Below are positions 1-17,018 of a stretch of 64,000 nt of DNA, piece after piece; the stretch's first letter is position 1, and every line of letters starts with the position of its first letter. Source of the stretch: the human T2T-CHM13v2.0 reference genome, Homo sapiens. The stretch lies in the NCBI RefSeq assembly GCF_009914755.1, contig NC_060935.1, one strand, 5' to 3'. A program made the translations under genes and the position numbers. Under the pieces are notes generated by a model. That model was not told where the DNA came from. It made no database searches and was given only the letters and a program-made list of their open reading frames with translations.

Positions 1-1184
1 TCTTTCTCTGATTACTGATAGGCTCTACCAATTTATATGTCTTTCCATTTGTTCTCTTCCCCTACTTTGACAAAATAAAACTATACCTTATCCATAACAG
101 CTCAAAAATGAAATAAACATTTGGCAATTAACTTGGTGTGTCTCATCAATTTTGGATATCTGGACTAGCTTTCTTGTCAGATAATAATTAGAGTTCAAGT
201 TAGTGCATGCCAAACATTCATGGATTGGAAGACTTATATTGTTAAGACAGCCGTGCTCCCCAAACTGATCCACAAGTTCATTACAATCCTTATCAAAATG
301 TCAGTGGTCTTTTTTGCAGAAATTGACAATCTGATCTTAAAATGTATAAAGAAATGAAAGGGACCCAGAACAGGCAAAACAATCTTAAAAACAGAAACAA
401 AGTTGGAAGATTCACACTTCCTGATTTCAAAACTTACTACAGAGCTAAAGTCATCAAGACTAGATCATTCAGCACTGTAAGACAGGGCAAGAAAAAAAAA
501 AAACTGGGTCATACCAGTATAAGAATAGACATAAAGATCAATGAAGTAGAATTCAGATTCCAGAAATAAACCCACTTACCTATGGTCAATTGGCAAAGAT
601 ACCAAGACAATTCAATGAGGGAAAGAATAGTCTTCTCAATAAACGGTGCTGGGAAAACTGGATATCCACATGCAAAGAAATAAATTTAGACTGTACCTCA
701 CATCAAATATAGAAGTTAACTCAAAGTGAGTCAAAGACCTGAATATAAGAGCTAAAACTATAAAACTGTTAGAAGAAACATAAGTATAAATTTTCATGAC
801 CTTGGATTAGGCAACGGTTTCTTAGATACAGAACCTAAAGCAAAAGCAACCAAAAGAAAAAACAGATACATTGAACTTCATCAAAATTAAAATTTTCATG
901 TTTCAAAGAACACTATCAAGAGAGTTAGAAGACGATCCACAGAAAAGGAGAAAATATTTGCAAGTCATATATCTGATAATGGTCTAGTATCTAAATTATA
1001 TTTTTTTAAAATACTCCTACAGCTTAGCAGTAAAAAAGACAACCCAATGTTAAAATGGGCAAAGGATCTGAATAGACATTTTTCCAAAGAAGATTTACCA
1101 ATGGATGGCCAATAAGCACATGAAAAGATGCTCAACAACATTAATCATCAGAGAAATGCAAATCAAACCATAATGAGATACCAG

Positions 1185-1320
1185 CTGGCATACTGATATG
1201 TGCTAGCCCAGCTACTTGGGAGGCTGAGACAGAAGGATCGATCAAGCCCAGGAGTTGGAGTCCAGCCTGGACAACATAGCAAGACTCCCATCTCTAAAAA
1301 TATAAATAAATAAAATTAAA
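1185..1320 (+). mobile_element. Alu monomer (FLAM-like) inserted in L1, TSD aaaccataatgagata
   Basis: Monomeric Alu with A-rich tail and flanking duplication. Confidence 0.8.
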
Positions 1321-2007
1321 ACCATAATGAGATATCACATCGCACCCACTAGGAGGGCTATAATAAAAAATCTGGACAATAACAAGTGTTGGTGAGAATG
1401 TGCAGAAATTGGAACCTTCATACATTGCTGATGGGAATGTAAAACAGTACAGCTGCTTTGGAAAACACTCTGGCAGTTCATTAAATGATTAAACATAGAG
1501 TTATTATATGACCGCTCCTGGGTATGTGACCAAAAGAATAAAAAACATATGTCCACACAAAAACTTATACATGAATGTTCACAGCAGCATTATTCATAAT
1601 AATCAAAAAGAGGAAATGACCCAATGTCCAACAAATAATGAATAAAATAAGCAAAGACAGTATATCCATACAATGGAATGTTATTTGGCCATAAAAAAAA
1701 TGAAGTACTGACACATACTACAATATGGATGCCCCTGATAACATTATGCTAAATGAAAGAAGCCAGATGCAAAGAGCCATATACGGTATGATTCCATTTA
1801 TATGCAGTGTCCACAACAGGCAAATTTATACATATAAAAAATAAATTAGCAGTTGCCAGGACAGGGAAAATGGGGAAAACTGCTAACAGTTACGTAGTTT
1901 CTTTTTGGGGTGATGAAAATATTCTAAAATTAGACCGTGTTGATGGCTGTGCACCTTGTGAATATTCTAGAAGCCACTGAATCGTGCTCTTTAAAAAGGT
2001 AAATTCT

Positions 2008-2355
<348 letters not shown>

Positions 2356-2366
2356 CTAAATAATGC

Positions 2367-2572
2367 TTCATATTTTACAGATTCTAAAACCACTTTTTTT
2401 TTCACTTTTTAACTTCTTAGAAATTGGGCTGCCTCTCACTGATTACATATTACTATTGCTGTTAGCCAGGTAGCAGTCCTGATATTGTGGCATAAAAACC
2501 TTTTGTTGGCACCTTCCTGAAGAACCAAGAAATTACCTACATTTATGTGCCTTCGTTTTAATAAAATACAGG
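2367..2572. mobile_element. Tc/mariner-derived MITE (MER104-like)
   Basis: Similarity to recalled MER104 termini (tatttt...gattctaa...ttttttcac; ...taaaatacaggta). Confidence 0.45.
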
Positions 2573-3967
2573 TACTACTAACCCACCTAATAATATCACC
2601 AATTCCATGCCAGGCACTGTCCCAAATGCTTTATGTATTTTAATTTAATTCTCACAATAACTCCGTGAGGTGGGTACTGATGAAGAAACAGAAGTACAGT
2701 CTACAGGATTGACTTGTCCAAGACCACATGGCTAGTATGTGTGAGTCCCATCCGGGCTGTCTGGTCCAGGGGCTGCGCTCCTGACCATTGGCATCACTGC
2801 CTCCCTTACCTGTAACATGCTGTGAGTGCAAGTCAGCCTTAAACAGCCTTTAAGGTTCCCGGAGCAAAGTGGGCCAAGAGAGTAACTAAAGCTAATAGTC
2901 TTGCGACGGTTTCATGATAAAAACACTATTCACTTGGAAGTTTGATTCATATGTCGAAACATTGTTTGGCTATGTCTAAGGAATTTCACGGTGGAGAACT
3001 TCGTTTACTGAGCACAGATAAAAGGGAGTAATCTTTTTCTGCTTTGCTTACACATGAGTAAAGGGAGCTGGAGCCTTAGTCTAGACCCTCATCATTTTTC
3101 CACCAGTTGACAGCAGAGACTACCTCCCTGTCCTGTGAGAAGAGCTGAGTGAGGGGCAAGCCCAGCCAGGCTCAAGCATGGGAATAGATGGACGAAGTCC
3201 CTTTTACTCACATGTGAAGGATATAGACACAGAGGGAAAGCCACCAGAAGTCATCCCAGGAAAGAATGCAGGGCCACATCTGGGGCAAACGTTCTACCGC
3301 CCTGTCACTGACATCCAATGTTGATAATTTAATGCAAAGTAGATCACAGGAAGATTGGAAGGACTCCTGAAGTTTCGTGGTGTCTGGCATGCCCAGGCTC
3401 ATGAGAGAAGATGGATTGTGCCACCTCCAAGAAACTGTAAGCAGAGGGAAAAGATAGTGAAGCCCTTCCTGTCCCCATACCGCCAAGGCTCTTAACACAC
3501 CCAGTCCTGCTGAGTCCCCTCAGATACCAGGTGCCTGTTCAGAATGGTCGGGGAAACCCAGCTGGAGCCTGACTGCTTCCAGTGGCCTCAGTTCCTTGAG
3601 GGCAGAGTGGGGGTGAAGTCTGGACTCAGAGGCCTCCACTGCCTCTGCACATCCTCTTATGAAACCTTCAGTGGCATTTTCCAGCCATAGACAATAGTGG
3701 CTCCTCCCCTCCAGCTTAGGCCTCTAAGCCAAACACAATCCTATCAGAAGAGAAATGATGGAAGCAAAGGAGACAGCGGAAGACACACTCTAACGAGGCA
3801 GGACGCTGGCTCTGAATTGTGTAACAGAAAGGGGTGGGCAGAGGAGCTACCTGGGATCACTATTGTTTAATTCTTTTATTCTTCTTAAATTTTTGTTTGG
3901 AAATAACTTCAAACTTTTATAGAAAAGTTATGAAAATTAAAATAGTTTTTAAAATGCCCATATATCC

Positions 3968-4725
<758 letters not shown>

Positions 4726-4771
4726 CCCCATATGTCCTTCACCCAGATTCACCTATTAAGATTTTACATCA

Positions 4772-5059
<288 letters not shown>

Positions 5060-5129
5060 TTACACCATTTGCTTTATTAATAGCACTCTCTCTATATATG
5101 TGTGTGTGTGTGTATGCATGTTTAATTAA

Positions 5130-5880
5130 AAAAAGATATACATCTACAGCTTTGTTCTGTACCATTTGTGGGTGAGTTACATACACTAAGGACCTTGACT
5201 TCTAAATACTCCAGTGCATATTTTCTAAAAACGAGAATATTCAATTATATAACCACAGTTCAGTTATCAACTTTAGTACATTTAACATTGATACAATAAT
5301 CTCATCTACTCTCCATATCCCCATTTTGTCAGTTGACCCAAGAATGTCCTTTCTATTACATTTTCCTCACTCCACTACAGGACCCAATATAGGGTCAGGA
5401 ATTGCATTTAGCTGTCATGTCTCTTTAGCCTCCTTGAACCTGGACATTTTCCTAGCTTTTCTTTGTCTTTAACGACAGGGACATTTTTAAAGAATCCAGT
5501 CCCCTATCCCCTGCCTTTACTTAATATAACGTCTTTCATTGTGGGTTTGCCTGATGTTTCTCTGTAATGAGATTCAGGTTCTGCATCCTTGGCAGCAATA
5601 CTGTATCATGGGTGACATCATGTCCTTCTCACAGCATTACATCTGGGTGCACAGTATGTCCACCTGCCCCTTATTGGTGATGTTATTTTGAGCACATGAT
5701 CAAGATGTTATGTGATTTCTCCACTGTATAATACTCCAATTGCTGTATATTTTTTCCTCCCTCACAACTTTTCCTGCACAACAATGAGCAGTCAGTGGAG
5801 AGACAATTTAGGACTATGCAAATATCCTGCTCCTCATCAAAATTTCCCCCTAGGGTTAGCCCTTAACAAGTTTTCTGACG
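5130..5880 (-). mobile_element. Old L1 (L1MC/ME-type) 3' fragment; related pieces at ~3870-3965 and ~9350-9870
   Basis: Degenerate L1M 3'UTR-like sequence. Confidence 0.55.
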
Positions 5881-7126
5881 ATCCCTGGGGCTAAATGAGT
5901 GCCCCGGCGCCACCTATGGGGCTTGCAGCACACTGCAACACCGGGAATGAACCTCGGACCTCTCTCACTCTGCCACTTGTCTGGAGTCCAGGAACTACTT
6001 CAGCCCTAGACATTTTGAAAGATCCTATAGAGACCTGAGTTGCAAGCCTGAGTTCTAGTCCAGACACCGCCAATGACTCATGAGGAATCTTGGACAAGTC
6101 TTCTTAAGACTTATGTTCCTAGTGAAATGTAGGGTTGGCTGACAGAGATCTGAGTTATACATTCAAGTAATACTTATTGAGCAACTACAGGCACTGTTCC
6201 AGGATCCAAGCAAGACTTCTGCTCTCAGGGAAGCTTACACCCTCTGTGACTCAGACAGTGAGCAAGAACACAAGACGAAGAAAAAGATAAACATACCTCA
6301 TAGTAAGTGCTATGATGACGATGAAACAGGGCTGTGAGAGAGTGCCTGGGTCCACTTCAGATTGTGTGGTTAGGAAAAGCTCTCTGAGGAGGGGTGCGAG
6401 CTAAGATCTAAAGGGTGATTGGAGCCAACCCTGACCTTGAGAAGTTTTGGAGGTAGAGCCTTCCAAGCAGAGGGAAGAGTCAAGGATGACTAGGGGTTTG
6501 GTACTTCTTCCATATCTATGGCTCTTTGGGGGTGTGGGGGCAGGGTCAGGAGACTCCCAGGTGTCCCTGAAGCAGAGCAAGAGACGGATAAGAGAGAGGT
6601 GTGTTCTCCAGAATAACAGGGAGAAATTCTAGAGGTGTTGACAAATGAAGTGGCTTTTAAAAGATGAGTAAAGATTTTGAAAGGTAGATTATAGAACAGA
6701 GAAAGACATTCCACGTAGGAAAGGGGAAGAATGGGAGGCACACAGGAGTCATTGGCTATGGCAATTCTGAAATCCAAGTGGGCAAATATTTTGAGGGCCT
6801 CCTAGTCTGGTCGGGAATTATTCATTATTTTCTGATTCAGGTCCCTGGAAGTAGCTCCCTTGCCTGTTGTTCTCCTTATCCCTTGCTTCTGCCCTCAAAG
6901 AGGTTCTTCACATTTTAGTGTCCCTGCTGATGTGGGGCTTGAGGCATAAACCTCTTTGGGGGCTGAGCAGCCTTCTCAACTCTTAGGTGTGTTAAGAGCC
7001 TGAGCATTCTCTACCATAGATTATTGAAAGCCCAAGAGCCATTTAATGTCTTCAACAGTTATTGTTTTCTGTTAGTCTAGGCTCATCATTCCCCTGGCAA
7101 TAAAACACTCTAAAAACCTCATTATG

Positions 7127-7426
<300 letters not shown>

Positions 7427-7503
7427 TCATTATGTGTCTATCTATTGGAATGCAGGCAGCATCACTGGCTGAAAGCTATACCTGCAATTATTTTTGAGAA
7501 CTA

Positions 7504-8047
7504 CAGTAGTTCCACCTTATCCACGGGGGATATGTGCCAAGATCTTCAGTGGATGCCTGAAATCATGGATGGTTCTGAACCCAACATACTGTATACTGTT
7601 GTTTCCCATACAAACATACCTATGATGAAGTTTAATACACAAATTAGGCACAGCCAGAAATTAACAGTAACTAATAATAAAATAGAAAAAAACATAACTT
7701 GTATACTGTAACACAAGTTATGTGAATGTGATCTCTCTCTCAAAAATCTTACTGTACTGTGCTCACCCTTCTTCTTATGATCTGTTGACCTAATAACCAA
7801 GAAGGCTACTAGGGACTAAGGGTGGGTAGTATATATAGTGGATACACCAGACAAAAGTGATGATTCATGTCCCTGGCAGGACAGGGTGGGATAGAGTGGG
7901 GTGGTAAGAGATCTCATCACACTACTCAGAATAGTGTGCAATTTAAACCTCATGAATTATTTCTGGAATTTTCTATTTAATATTTTCAGATTGCCATTGA
8001 CCAGAGGCAACTGAAATCACAGAAAGCAAAGCCAAGGATAAGGGGAG
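7504..8047 (+). mobile_element. MER44-like (Tigger7-derived) DNA transposon
   Basis: TIR-like ends cagtagttccaccttatcc / ggataaggggag. Confidence 0.7.
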
Positions 8048-8065
8048 TTCACATGCCCATGCCTT

Positions 8066-8066
<1 letters not shown>

Positions 8067-8126
<60 letters not shown>
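8067..8126 (+). repeat. (CT)n microsatellite, ~30 units
   Basis: Directly visible. Confidence 0.97.
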
Positions 8127-8130
<4 letters not shown>

Positions 8131-11100
8131 CTCTCCTCCTCCTCCCTCCGCACAGGCTTTGGTGGAAAAGCCACATCCTTAGAATTTTTTCACTGAATCT
8201 TATCCAGCTAAAAGATTTTACTGGGCACTATATTCTTAATTTGATATTTTCCCTGAAGTACCTTAATCCATTCAAAGGTTTTAACAATGAATATTATGCC
8301 CATATTTTTAATATGATCCTTACCTCAAGGCTGAATTTTAATGGGCCTTCAATTCTAAATTTTATCTTAGTCTTCAGCGTCAAGAAGCAATTACCTCTTC
8401 AAAACCCTAAGTCCTTGGATTTTTGTATACTATGTATTTTCTTTCACTCCTTAAAAACAGGGCAATTCTTTTCTGAACTCATGTCTTTCTTGAAATAGCT
8501 TGATAAACAGAATATCAACCAATGTAGGCTACCAATGTTGTTTTCCAATATCTTCCCCTCTATTGAAATTCATTAAGTACATGATGTGACTCCAAAGTTA
8601 TCTCAGACTATAGTTTTACCAAATGTTTTTCCACTGCATAACCTGAATCACTATCCTTCTAGTCACCAATGTCGGTTTCCTTGCTACCTGCTTGCTAGGC
8701 CAGTGCCTTGGATCTTAGTGTTTTGTTATTGATTTTTTTTTCTCCAGAGAAACCCAAGCTTCTTTGTACTATAGGCCAGCCTATGCTGCAGTAATAAATA
8801 ACACACAATTCTCACTGACTTACAACAAAAGTCCTCATTCATGCAAAATTTGCTGCAGATATGGAAAATATTGCAAAGCTTATATTATCCATGTATTAGC
8901 ACAGCACACCAGACTGGTTCAGACTTAAGCATCTTCATATCAGTGCATGCTCTCAGAATCACCTCAGTAAGGGAAGAGAGAAAATAAACAGAGAATCAAG
9001 CACTGGCTCTTATTCAACCTAGCAATGACCTACATCACTGCCACTCTCATTGGCCAATTCAAGTCTCATAAACACACCTGAAATAAGTAAGTGGCGTGCA
9101 GTAGTGCAATCTTCCCATGCACTCAGGAGAGGAGCACTAGAATCATTGGAAGGTAACATTTACGTCTTCCCTTCTGCTGTTGGTAGGATCTTCTCTGTCT
9201 TGGGTGTTCTGAAGTTTCACTGCAATACGTTTCAAGTTTCTTTTTATTTTTCAAGTGTATTTTGTTCAACATCTTATAGCTATGAATTCATGTCATTCAT
9301 CACTTCTGGACAGTTCTCAGCCATTATCTCTTCAAATGTTCTCAATGTCTCATGATGTTTTTAGTGTGTTTAAACCAAGACGCAAGTAAGTTCTATATAG
9401 TGCAATTGGTTTATATGCTTTTTAAGACTCTTTAAGGTTTCCCCTCCATCTCCCTTTTTTCCCTTTGTAATGTAAACCAAGTTGTTTGTTCCATCGGTCC
9501 TTGGAGACTGGATTTTGCTGACTGGATCCTTGTGAAGTCATTTAAGGTGTTCCTCTATTCTCTGCATTTCCTGTCAATTGGGAATTAATCTTTAAATTGG
9601 TAGATGTAGAGACTTGTTTAGGTTCAGATTCTATTTGTTTACAAACAAATGCACACAATGTCTGATCGTCTCTTTTTTGGTGATGTGAGCAGCCACAGAT
9701 GGTCATTGCCTAGATTCATTCATTGAGGGCTAAAAAATGATATTCTAAATCTATCAGTCCTTCTTCAATTACTGTGGAAAACTTTTTAAAAAGAAACTTC
9801 CCTCATCAATTATTTGGTTACCAGAGATTCAGTTTATGTAGGAGAAAGAGGACGAATCCTTTATTAAGCTAATTAATAAAATTTACTTTTTATGTTTTCA
9901 TTGAGACAGGGTCTCTCTCTGTCACCCAGGATGTATAGTACAGTGGCACAATCATGGCTCCCTGCAGCCTCAACCTCTTAGGCTCAAACGATCCTCCCAC
10001 CTCAGACTCCCAAAGTGCTAAGATTACAGGTGTGAGCCACCATGCCTAGCCCTAATTAATAAATTTCAAAAGTCACAGAGGCACTGCCTTGGCAGAATCT
10101 TTACCATAAAGCAACATTGTCAGTGGGCCACACCACAAATGGGAACCACTGGAACAAATGAGGAGTCCTAGATACAAACAACTGCTTCCTCCAGCATCAG
10201 GCCTTAGCCCTTAGGCTGGGGCAAGACCGAGGCTGTGGTGTTCCTGTTTACAAGCATGAAGGAGATACTTATTTTCTCCACGAATGTGGAGCTTGGCCTC
10301 CGCAGGTCTTACATCTCTGACATAGCTGGAAATCAAGGGTACATCAATTTCCAAAAAAGCTTAGGAATATCGTCCCAGCCCAGTGAGCAAATAAAGCACT
10401 GTTTTTGGAATACTGGTTATAATATAGTTAGTTGCTGTAAAAAACAAAACTAAAAGAAACAAAAAACACCCCAGACTGGGTGCCCACACCTATAATCACA
10501 GCACTTTGGGAAGCCAAGGCAGGAGGATCGCTTAAGCCCAGGAGTTCATGGCTGCAGTGAGTCATGATCATGCCACTGCACTCCAGCCTGGGTGACAGAG
10601 CAAGAGCTTGTCAAAAAAAAAAAGGGAAAACAGATACTGGCTACAACTGCAGAGCTGTCTCTAAGGATTGGTTACACCCTCTCATTTCTCAAAGCATATT
10701 CTGTGCAAGGCCTTCAGGAGTGATGTCTATAGGACAAGGGGTCCCCCTCTCCAACCTGGGCATAACTCCAGGGCCCATGGATAAGAGTGCTTCCCAGAGA
10801 ACAGGCATTCTTATTCTAGGAAGCCCTACATAAAACATGAAGCTGCACCTACAGTCTGTGGTAAATATAGCTTTTATTGCAAATTTTTGAAATTGTTTTT
10901 TATAATTTTGCTTTTTAAATTATTTGGCTAGGAGTAATTCATTTAATTTACATTGGGCTCAGGTTTCTTGGCAATTATCTTGTGTATATAGAATTTCTTA
11001 TGAAGCGTGAAACTCTAACTTACAAATTGTTTTCAGGTATAACAGAATTTTTATGAAACTTTATGAAATTGTTATAAAATTAACAATTATAGGTTTAACA

Positions 11101-11169
11101 TGATATATAGACGTTTAATTAGACATTTATGTATAATTTGCCATTTTTCATTTTATATTGTTTCAGGAC

Positions 11170-11800
<631 letters not shown>

Positions 11801-13171
11801 TGAAAGATCCTAGACCCTGGATACTATGCCTCTACTCTCTAGTGGATAAAATAATCCATAGGCCAGGTGGGGAGGAAGAGGAGGTCAAATACTGCCCTAC
11901 CTATGAGAGCAAGACTTGCTCCAGGGAGCTGGCCTGACTAGCAGCTTGCCATGGAACCCAAGGAGTGGGGGGAGTAGAAGGGCTGTGTCCCTAGAACCTA
12001 GAGAAGGACTAGTACTAATAAAATTAGTAAGGCAAGTCAGTGTGGTGGTACATGCCTGTATCTCAGCTACCCAGGAGGCTGAGGCAGGAAGATCACAGAG
12101 TAAGCAGGGAAACGGTTCACGTACTTGGGCCAGTCTGGAGAGGGGTGAGAGGTCAGAGAAAATTTTTCAGGTCTCATCTTAAGCATTAAAACTGATGATT
12201 ATCCTTCCTTGAAACACAAACTCCCTTGGCTTCTCTGATACCACATCCCTCTAGTTTTCTTCCCACGTCCTGGCTGCTGAGATGGAGAATATGAGAGGAA
12301 GAATCTGTTAAGGGGGTGGCTAGTGTGTCAGGTAACACTGAGACTTCCAAGGGGAGGTGTCCAATAGACCACAGGATCGGTGAGTCTGGAGCTCAGAAGA
12401 GTGGGTCCATGACTTTTATCACCAAACATCAGTTAGAGTGTTGAGTTGCAAGTACCAGAAACCATTTCTGGCTGATGTAAGCAAAAAAAATGAATTTATT
12501 ATAAGGTTTTTTACGTGGTTCACAGAATTGTCAGGAAGGCTAGAGAATTATACTCAGAGCTGTGCAGCCAGGAACAATTCCTGAAATCATGTGCAAAACT
12601 GGTCTGCTGAAGAAACTGGCAATGACATCGAGCCCCACGTGCTTCACCTTGTACTGCTGCTGCTGCTACTGCTGCCATGGAAACCCCACCTGCCTGCAAC
12701 CAACACTGTCACCGGAAAGGAGGCTCTGGGCTTTTTTTTTTTTTTTTTCCATAAATCACTACCACTAGGCCTGTAACCTGACTTCAACGGATGCCAGGAA
12801 ATCAAGATTCTAGTATATTTAGCTTCTGTAGGGAGGAATGAGCTGTGTCTCCCAAGACTCCTGAGGTGGGAAATTCACCAAAAATAGGAAAGGGGTTCAG
12901 ACTTTATGCAGCCTAATTGAACGACAAATATTCGTAACAATGTCCTTGACCCCCCCAAAAAAAAAAAAAAATGGCTAGAAACCACTAGCATGGAGGAAGC
13001 AGAGAGGACAGCGAGGGATAGGTAACCATCCTTATAAAGAACTATATAAAGAACATTCTTGAAGTGTTTAGCACTTGGAAGTGTTAGGCATTCATATGAT
13101 GCCTTTTCCCTAACTCCACCACAGACTTGTTGCCTGTGTTTTGAGAAACAGGCTGTGTTAACACAGTAAGA

Positions 13172-13659
<488 letters not shown>

Positions 13660-13808
13660 CTAGAGAGAAAGGCTTCCCAGGCTATTCTTCCCCACCTTGA
13701 GTTCTTATGATGTAGAGATCTAGGGGCAAGAAGACCATGTGATAGGTTCAACTATCTTCGCTGAAAAACACTCCAGGACGCAATTCTTGGTAAAGAAAAG
13801 TGCTGTTT

Positions 13809-13814
13809 TTTATT
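13809..13814 (-). terminator. Distal polyadenylation signal AATAAA
   Basis: tttatt on the + strand; downstream on the minus strand cttttctttacc...gtgtttttc. Confidence 0.75.
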
Positions 13815-15805
13815 TGTTCTTGAATGTATAGGTTCTTTTAAAATCAGCTATACTTCCCTTTAAAATATCCTCCCTCATGCCCCAACCGCTTAGAATCCAA
13901 TAGCCACTCCTAACAAGGGCCTAGGAGGAACTCATCCTACATAGCCAAGAAAGGGGTACAGCTTGAGGAATGGGCATATGGCTCAGGAAGCAGCACCAGC
14001 TGATAAGAACTTTCCCCAAAGCAGCTCTGTTTGGCTTGTGAGTCTCCTTTCCCTGCCCTGGTCTGGACTCCCCCAGCTGTGTCCCACCCCTGGAATTCCC
14101 CTGTTCCTTATGTGGCCTGATCTTGAGAGTTAAAATCATAATTAACATCTTTACAGCTGGAGAGCTGAGAGATCACTGTTCTCAGCCATTCTCCCACCAC
14201 AACTTTATAGATGAGGAAACTGTATCCAAGGTTACACAGCTCATAATGGAAAGAGCCAAAAATTTTGGTGTTCAGACTCTCAAATCAGATATCTTTCTAG
14301 TATATACCTCCTTACCTCCAAGAAAGCAACCAATAGCTGCCTCCAACTCCAGAAACAACTGGAGCAAGCAGGTGGTGGTGATCAGCACAGGTGGGAAAGG
14401 CCCTGATATAAGGAGTCATGCTGACTCCAGCTGAGCCCCAGCAAGGGAGCAGCCACCGCGCTCCCTAGTCTCCCTCCATCCGAATGTTATCAGCAGCAGG
14501 CACCCACCCTGCCAGGTTCTCCTCCTGGTTAGCAGCACTGACATGCACGGAAACACATCTTACCACAATCCCAGGCTCCTTCCCAACTACAGCAGGCTCT
14601 AACTGGTGCAGGATCATGGTGAGGAGCTGCCCACCAGCCTGGTAATCCAGTTTAGCCAGACTGCGGCCTGGATGCTGTAAAACCTAATCCACACCCTTGG
14701 GCTGACTTAGATGGGGTCTCTTAGCAAACAGGCTAAAACCTCTGTGTTGTCTGGGAGAGACAGAGGGAAGGACTCACAGATGCTGTCCTCCCAGCAGGAG
14801 CTCATAAACATGGTTGGCATGAGGAGAACTGAGTTCAGGAAAAGGAAGGGACTCAGGAAATAGAGAGACAGACAGAGGAAGCAGGAGCAGCTGTGATTCT
14901 TCCTCCCTACCCAACTCCTGAAAAGAAGAGACCACAGACAGCCACAGACATTTCCCCCATCTAGGTTTCAAGGACAGCTCAGCCTGTGTGGGCTGAGAGG
15001 TAAGAGGAGAGAATCCAGAGACTTGTTTTTCTGGATTCTCTGAGAATCCAGAGACTTGTGGTGTCATAAAAGCTAAGGGAGGAGGTTGTTTCACTGAGGG
15101 TTGGTGGGTGGTGTGAAATGCTGCGGAGAGGTCAAGACAGCTGAGCACTGAAAGGTATTCATTCTATTTGGCAACTGGGCAGTCACTGGTGACTTTTATG
15201 AAAAAGTATAGAGGGCTGAAGAACAGCTGAGGAAGAATCAGTTTAAAAAGGATCTTTTTAAAAGTAACTTGGTTAACAAGGAAAATGTGTAAGGGGTAAC
15301 AGACTCTGAGAAATGCTGTTTTAATCTTGTGGAGAACTTGTTTGCAGGCTGTGTGGAGGTAACCAGTGGAGACAGAGGCTGGAGACTCCAGGGAGTGGGA
15401 GCAGTGGAGTAAGCGAGGGAGCAGTCTTGGAGGACATACAACAGGATTCAAGATATAGAGAATTAAATAGGAGCAAGAATGGAGGGGTTGGGGAGAGTTA
15501 CAGACACAGATGAATGAGAGGGGAGAGAGGAACAGCAGGCAAGGAAGCTCTTGCTTTAGGGGCTGTCTTCTGTGAAGTAGACAGTGAGCTCAGTCATTTG
15601 TGGAGGACAAAGATGGAGGCATGGGTGGGGAAAAAAAAAGGGATCACAACAAGTTAAAGAATTTCCAGTCAACACTGAGAGCTCAACTGAGGCTGCCAAC
15701 TGTGAATCTGTCATGCATAGCAGCCCAGGAGGTGGAAGCAGCAAATATGATGATGCCGAAAATGGAGAATGGCTGATAGTTTCAGCAAAATTGAAGGGGA
15801 TACGC

Positions 15806-16122
15806 CTGGCGCAGTGGCTCACGCCTGTAATCCCAGCACTTTGGGAGGCCAAGGGAAGCAGACTGCTTGAGCCCAGGAGTGTTGATACCAGCTTGAGCAA
15901 CATGGCGAAACTCCATCTCTACCTAAAGTAGAAAAATTAGCCAGGCATGGTGGCATGCACCTGTAGTCCCAGCTACTCAGGAGGCTGAGATGGGAGGATC
16001 ACCTGAGCCCAGAAGGCAGAGGTTGCAATGAGCCGACATCATACCACTGCACTCCAGCCTGCATGACAGAGTGAGACTCTCTCTCTCAAAAAATAAAAAA
16101 TAAATAAATAAATAAATAAATA
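15806..16122 (+). mobile_element. Alu (J/S) in TRIM66 3'UTR with (AAAT)n tail
   Basis: Dimeric Alu; TSD-like aaa(a/g)ttgaaggg. Confidence 0.92.
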
Positions 16123-16631
16123 AAGTTGAAGGGCATGAGAAAGTTCAGGATGCTGACAAAAACATCAGTGTGTGATAGGCTCTGGGTTCATGCTGGGGAG
16201 AGGAAGAAGTCCAGGAGAAAGTTAAAAGACAAGGAGAGGAGAGAGAGGGCTGAGGTCATGGAAATGGACTAAAGGAGCAGGGCAATTTTAGCAGTACTGA
16301 GGGACGGAGAAGAAGCCCAGGAAGGGGTGATCCAGAAGGAGCAAAGGCTCAATTCAGGCGTTCAGAAAGGAAGACTATAAGTGACTCCATGGAGTGAGAG
16401 AGGGAGCAGAACAGAGCCCAGGAACAAACAAGGAGGCGCCTCCGTCTTAGCAGCCAGGCAAGGAGCTGTTGCTAGAAATGGGTACAGGGAGGGAGCCAGA
16501 GTCCGCTGGTGGGGGATGGCAGGGACTGCCATGGAACACAGCCTATGGAGGGTATGGTTGCCACTCAGGTAGGGGTCCTAGAGGCAGGCAAGGTGTATAG
16601 TTAGCAATTGCTAGAAGTCAGGCAGGGCTAA

Positions 16632-17018
<387 letters not shown>

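Noticed and set aside
342-569. ORF similar to L1 ORF2
   Set aside because: Fragment of a decayed L1 with many stops and frameshifts
8064-8498. 144-aa ORF beginning LSLSLS, and the 52044-52401 ORFs
   Set aside because: Produced by (CT)n and (GGA)n simple repeats
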